From a virus (Duplodnaviria > Heunggongvirae > Uroviricota > Caudoviricetes): 27,495 nt of DNA. The DNA lies in IMG/VR virus record IMGVR_UViG_3300021318_000003, positions 1-27,495 of that record; one strand, given 5' to 3'. The notes beneath the pieces were generated by a model, which saw only the letters and a list, made by a program, of their open reading frames with translations, was not told the origin of the DNA and did not search any database. The first letter of the stretch is position 1. Each line of letters starts with the position of its first letter. Below are positions 25,282 to 27,495 of this stretch, one piece after another. Made by a program: the position numbers and the translations under genes.

Positions 25282-25400
25282 GTCGTACGGATAAGAGCTG
25301 CTATTTTTGCAGTTTTGCTATACATTATAATATATAGTAGATGGAGCTTTCGTTTGAGCGTCCGAACAGTCGGGCGATGAAACCAGAGTTCCAATCGGAA

Positions 25401-25429
25401 TTGACATATACATTATAATATAGTATAAT
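25401..25429 (+). promoter_or_regulatory. Perfect sigma70/sigmaA consensus promoter
   Basis: TTGACA 25401-25406, 17-nt spacer, TATAAT 25424-25429. Confidence 0.85.
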
Positions 25430-25458
25430 AACTGTGTTGTGAACGGGAGGGAAATCAC

Positions 25459-25551
25459 ATGCAGGACGACAACGTGAGCAATCAGGTGGACACAAACGGG
25501 ACAGACTACGACGATTTCTTTTATGAGCTTTTAGCGGAACAAAGGTACTAA
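25459..25551 (+). CDS. 30-aa acidic small ORF (MQDDNVSNQVDTNGTDYDDFFYELLAEQRY)
   Basis: GGGAGG RBS at 25445-25450, 8 nt before ATG, directly downstream of the consensus promoter. Confidence 0.55.
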   Translation: MQDDNVSNQVDTNGTDYDDFFYELLAEQRY

Positions 25552-25576
25552 AAGAAAAGGATATGGCTGCTTTCGT

Positions 25577-25622
25577 CCATCTAACACTTAGCCCATTTTT
25601 CATCTAACAGTTCGTCTAACAA
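25577..25622 (+). repeat. Integrase arm-type sites, left (P) arm
   Basis: CCATCTAACAC 25577-25587, CATCTAACAG 25601-25610, CGTCTAACAA 25613-25622. Confidence 0.7.
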
Positions 25623-25755
25623 TTTTGCAGAAAAAATGCACGGCGATTTTTCCGAAAAACACGATTTTGACGAATTATATGGGAAATCGGGTAAAAAGTG
25701 AAACTAAAAGGTACTACTTAAACTCAAACAATCGTACTTAATACACGGGGATACT

Positions 25756-25802
25756 GTCTCCAAAACCGCGTGTCGAGAGTTCGAATCTTTCTGCCCCTGC
25801 CA
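25756..25802 (+). other. attP core: 3' half of tRNA-Trp(CCA)
   Basis: GT-CTCCAAA-ACCGC anticodon loop (CCA at 25760-25762), T-arm GAGAG-TTCGAAT-CTTTC, acceptor strand TGCCCCT-G-CCA; no D-arm or 5' acceptor strand upstream. Confidence 0.88.
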
Positions 25803-25809
25803 AAAAGTT

Positions 25810-25850
25810 CCGATTACTGCTGAAAAAGTGGTAATCGGGGCTTTTTCTTT
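25810..25850 (+). terminator. Terminator downstream of the tRNA fragment, probably bidirectional
   Basis: CCGATTACTGCT-gaaaa-AGTGGTAATCGG then CTTTTTCTTT; an A-run on the left could also serve int transcripts. Confidence 0.7.
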
Positions 25851-25874
25851 ACTCAAAAGTTGAAGCAAAAATCG

Positions 25875-25929
25875 CCATCTAACACCTTCGCGCTCCCATC
25901 TAACACTTATCTAACACTTTGTCTAACGC
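25875..25929 (+). repeat. Integrase arm-type sites, right (P') arm
   Basis: CCATCTAACAC 25875-25885 and 25896-25906, TATCTAACAC 25908-25917, TGTCTAACGC 25920-25929; the last three overlap the int 3' end. Confidence 0.7.
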
Positions 25930-27069
25930 ATCAGCCATTTCCGTCTTGGAAGATTTTACTGCGTGACCGTAGAATTTGAGTGTTGTATTGGGGCTTTCGT
26001 GACCAAGCCATTCTGCAACTTGCACGACATTAAATCCCATATCCAGAAGATTTGTTGCCGCGCTGTGCCGAAGATCGTGCAGCCGGACTTTTGGAAGTGT
26101 GCTTTTGCTTACGATTGAATGGAATGTTTTGGTGAGATAGTTTGGCGTGATGATTGCTCCGTTCGGCCATGTGCAAATGAAGTCGTTTTGGATGTAGTAT
26201 GCGCCCATGAGCTTCTTTCGTTCTGCTTGAAGTTCCTGCTGATGAGTCAACAGATCGTAAATGCTGTCTGACATTGGAAGCGTTCGCAAACTGCTGTCCG
26301 TTTTCGTTTCGTCCTCATAGTTGCCGCCAATACCTTGCTGCAAGGTGTTTTCCACGGTGATTGTTCGACGGTCGAAGTCTATTGCGTTCCACTTCAGACC
26401 GAGAACTTCGCTGCGCCTAAATCCGTAGAACGCACACAATCGTACAGGTAATTCCACTACTGAGCCTACGAATAGGAACATGAGTTCGTCGATTTCTCTT
26501 GTGCTGAGAAATTCTGGGCGGAATTTTCTGACTCTACCTTCCGGCTTTGGCATGACGACAGTTGAAGCTGGATTTGTTTTGATCAGCTTGTCGTGTACGG
26601 CATCTGCGAGTGCTTTGCTGATGTTTTGCTGATGGTGCTTGACGGTGGTGGGCGACAGAGCTTCGCCGGATCTGAGCTTGCTGCCCTTTTTCAGCTTGGA
26701 GCTGTAGTACCGCTCAAGGTCTTCCGTCGTGAGGTTTTGAAGGGTGATTTTCTTCGCTTCAAAATATGGAATGATGTGGTTTTCCATATTCGCGGCGTAG
26801 TTCCGATATGTGTTTGGTCTGACCTTCTTTTCAATTTTTTTCAACCACTTCCGGAAATAGTCTGCGACGGTGATCGTGGTGTACGGCACGACAGAGCAGT
26901 CATATTTTGCTATCTGGTCGCTCAGGAACGCCTCGGCAGCCTTTTTGTTTCCTCTGATCGGCAGATTGGTGCAGATCCACTTCTGCCTTCGTTTCCCGTC
27001 TTCGTCATAGAGATTGATTACGGCGTGGTATTTACTGTTTCTGATTTGCAAGTTGCCTGTGACCGCCAT
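25900..27069 (-). CDS. int: Tyrosine integrase
   Basis: 389 aa; catalytic R (GFRRSEV), K (TKT), HDLRH, LGHES, FYGH; N-terminal arm-binding-type domain; GAAAGGAGG RBS. Confidence 0.95.
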   Translation of the reverse strand: MAVTGNLQIRNSKYHAVINLYDEDGKRRQKWICTNLPIRGNKKAAEAFLSDQIAKYDCSVVPYTTITVADYFRKWLKKIEKKVRPNTYRNYAANMENHIIPYFEAKKITLQNLTTEDLERYYSSKLKKGSKLRSGEALSPTTVKHHQQNISKALADAVHDKLIKTNPASTVVMPKPEGRVRKFRPEFLSTREIDELMFLFVGSVVELPVRLCAFYGFRRSEVLGLKWNAIDFDRRTITVENTLQQGIGGNYEDETKTDSSLRTLPMSDSIYDLLTHQQELQAERKKLMGAYYIQNDFICTWPNGAIITPNYLTKTFHSIVSKSTLPKVRLHDLRHSAATNLLDMGFNVVQVAEWLGHESPNTTLKFYGHAVKSSKTEMADALDKVLDKC

Positions 27070-27108
27070 AAGTTAGATCCTCCTTTCAGTGCAGCGGGCG
27101 ACAGTCAA

Positions 27109-27142
27109 CCATATCCTTGCCGATATTATATCATGGATATGG
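27109..27142 (-). promoter_or_regulatory. Candidate int promoter (extended -10) within an inverted repeat
   Basis: Minus-strand TGaTATAAT (27133-27125) flanked by CCATATCC 27109-27116 / GGATATGG 27135-27142. Confidence 0.45.
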
Positions 27143-27162
27143 CTGAGATGGAACTAATTTTT

Positions 27163-27348
27163 TTACGCACTCAAAACATACTCGATAACGCTCTTTTTAG
27201 GGATAATATAGCGTTTACCGAGCCGAATTGTTTTGATGTCTCCACTTTTCAGCAGAGAATACGCGGCGTTCCGCCCGATGTTGAGCATCTTCGTAAGCTG
27301 CTTGACCGTTACGACGTCTGGATACTCGCTGAACAAATTGTCATCCAT
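27163..27348 (-). CDS. xis: Excisionase-like HTH protein
   Basis: 61 aa from ATG 27348 (AAGGAGG RBS); 'VVTVKQLTKMLNIGRNAAYSLLKSGDIKTIRLGKRYIIPK' Xis/HTH_17 pattern, directly upstream of int. Confidence 0.85.
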   Translation of the reverse strand: MDDNLFSEYPDVVTVKQLTKMLNIGRNAAYSLLKSGDIKTIRLGKRYIIPKKSVIEYVLSA

Positions 27349-27495
27349 AGTGATCACCTCCTTTATAAAATGAGCGTCGGCGTTTTGCCGACGCCCTATT
27401 TTTTCTTTTTCCTGTATGTCTGCTGTCCAGTCAAGAGGCTCGCTGCAAAAACGGCATCAGGTGCGCGGCATTTCAGACAAAGGATTGTAAACCCC

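Larger units (their letters stand above)
1..27495. mobile_element. Temperate tailed phage genome segment (tail - dual DGR - lysis - attP - int/xis)
   Basis: Canonical siphovirus gene order TMP-Dit-Tal-fibres-lysis on +, int/xis on -, att core between them; no host housekeeping genes in the window. Confidence 0.95.

Noticed and set aside
25325-25603. 92-aa minus-strand ORF
   Set aside because: Overlaps the plus-strand promoter, small ORF and arm repeats; no RBS or motif support.
25741-25802. Complete functional tRNA-Trp gene
   Set aside because: D-arm and 5' acceptor strand are absent and the 5' anticodon stem does not pair; it is an att core fragment.
25577-25929. TCTAAC repeats as a CRISPR array
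   Set aside because: Only 10-11 bp, irregular spacing, no cas genes; position around the att core fits integrase arm sites.

Overview
Late and integration region of a temperate, long-tailed (siphovirus-like) phage, about 58-60% GC by eye; a Clostridia/Oscillospiraceae-type host is an inference from gene families. Left to right: tape-measure protein (5'-truncated), distal tail and baseplate genes, a run of small structural genes, then TWO complete, separate diversity-generating retroelements (DGRs) in tandem. Each has its own target adhesin with a C-terminal VR, a downstream hairpin, Avd, TR, spacer and YMDD reverse transcriptase. TR1/VR1 align over 122 bp with 22 mismatches and TR2/VR2 over 136 bp with 19 mismatches; all 41 are at TR adenines. 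The DGRs are followed by putative fibre chaperones, a lysis cassette (C39-like peptidase endolysin plus three membrane proteins), a consensus promoter with a 30-codon acidic ORF, an attP site (3' half of tRNA-Trp flanked by TCTAAC arm repeats), and a tyrosine integrase and excisionase on the minus strand. Phage genes on both sides of the att core indicate the excised/virion form. All alignments and counts were done by hand; family names come from motif recognition, not database searches.
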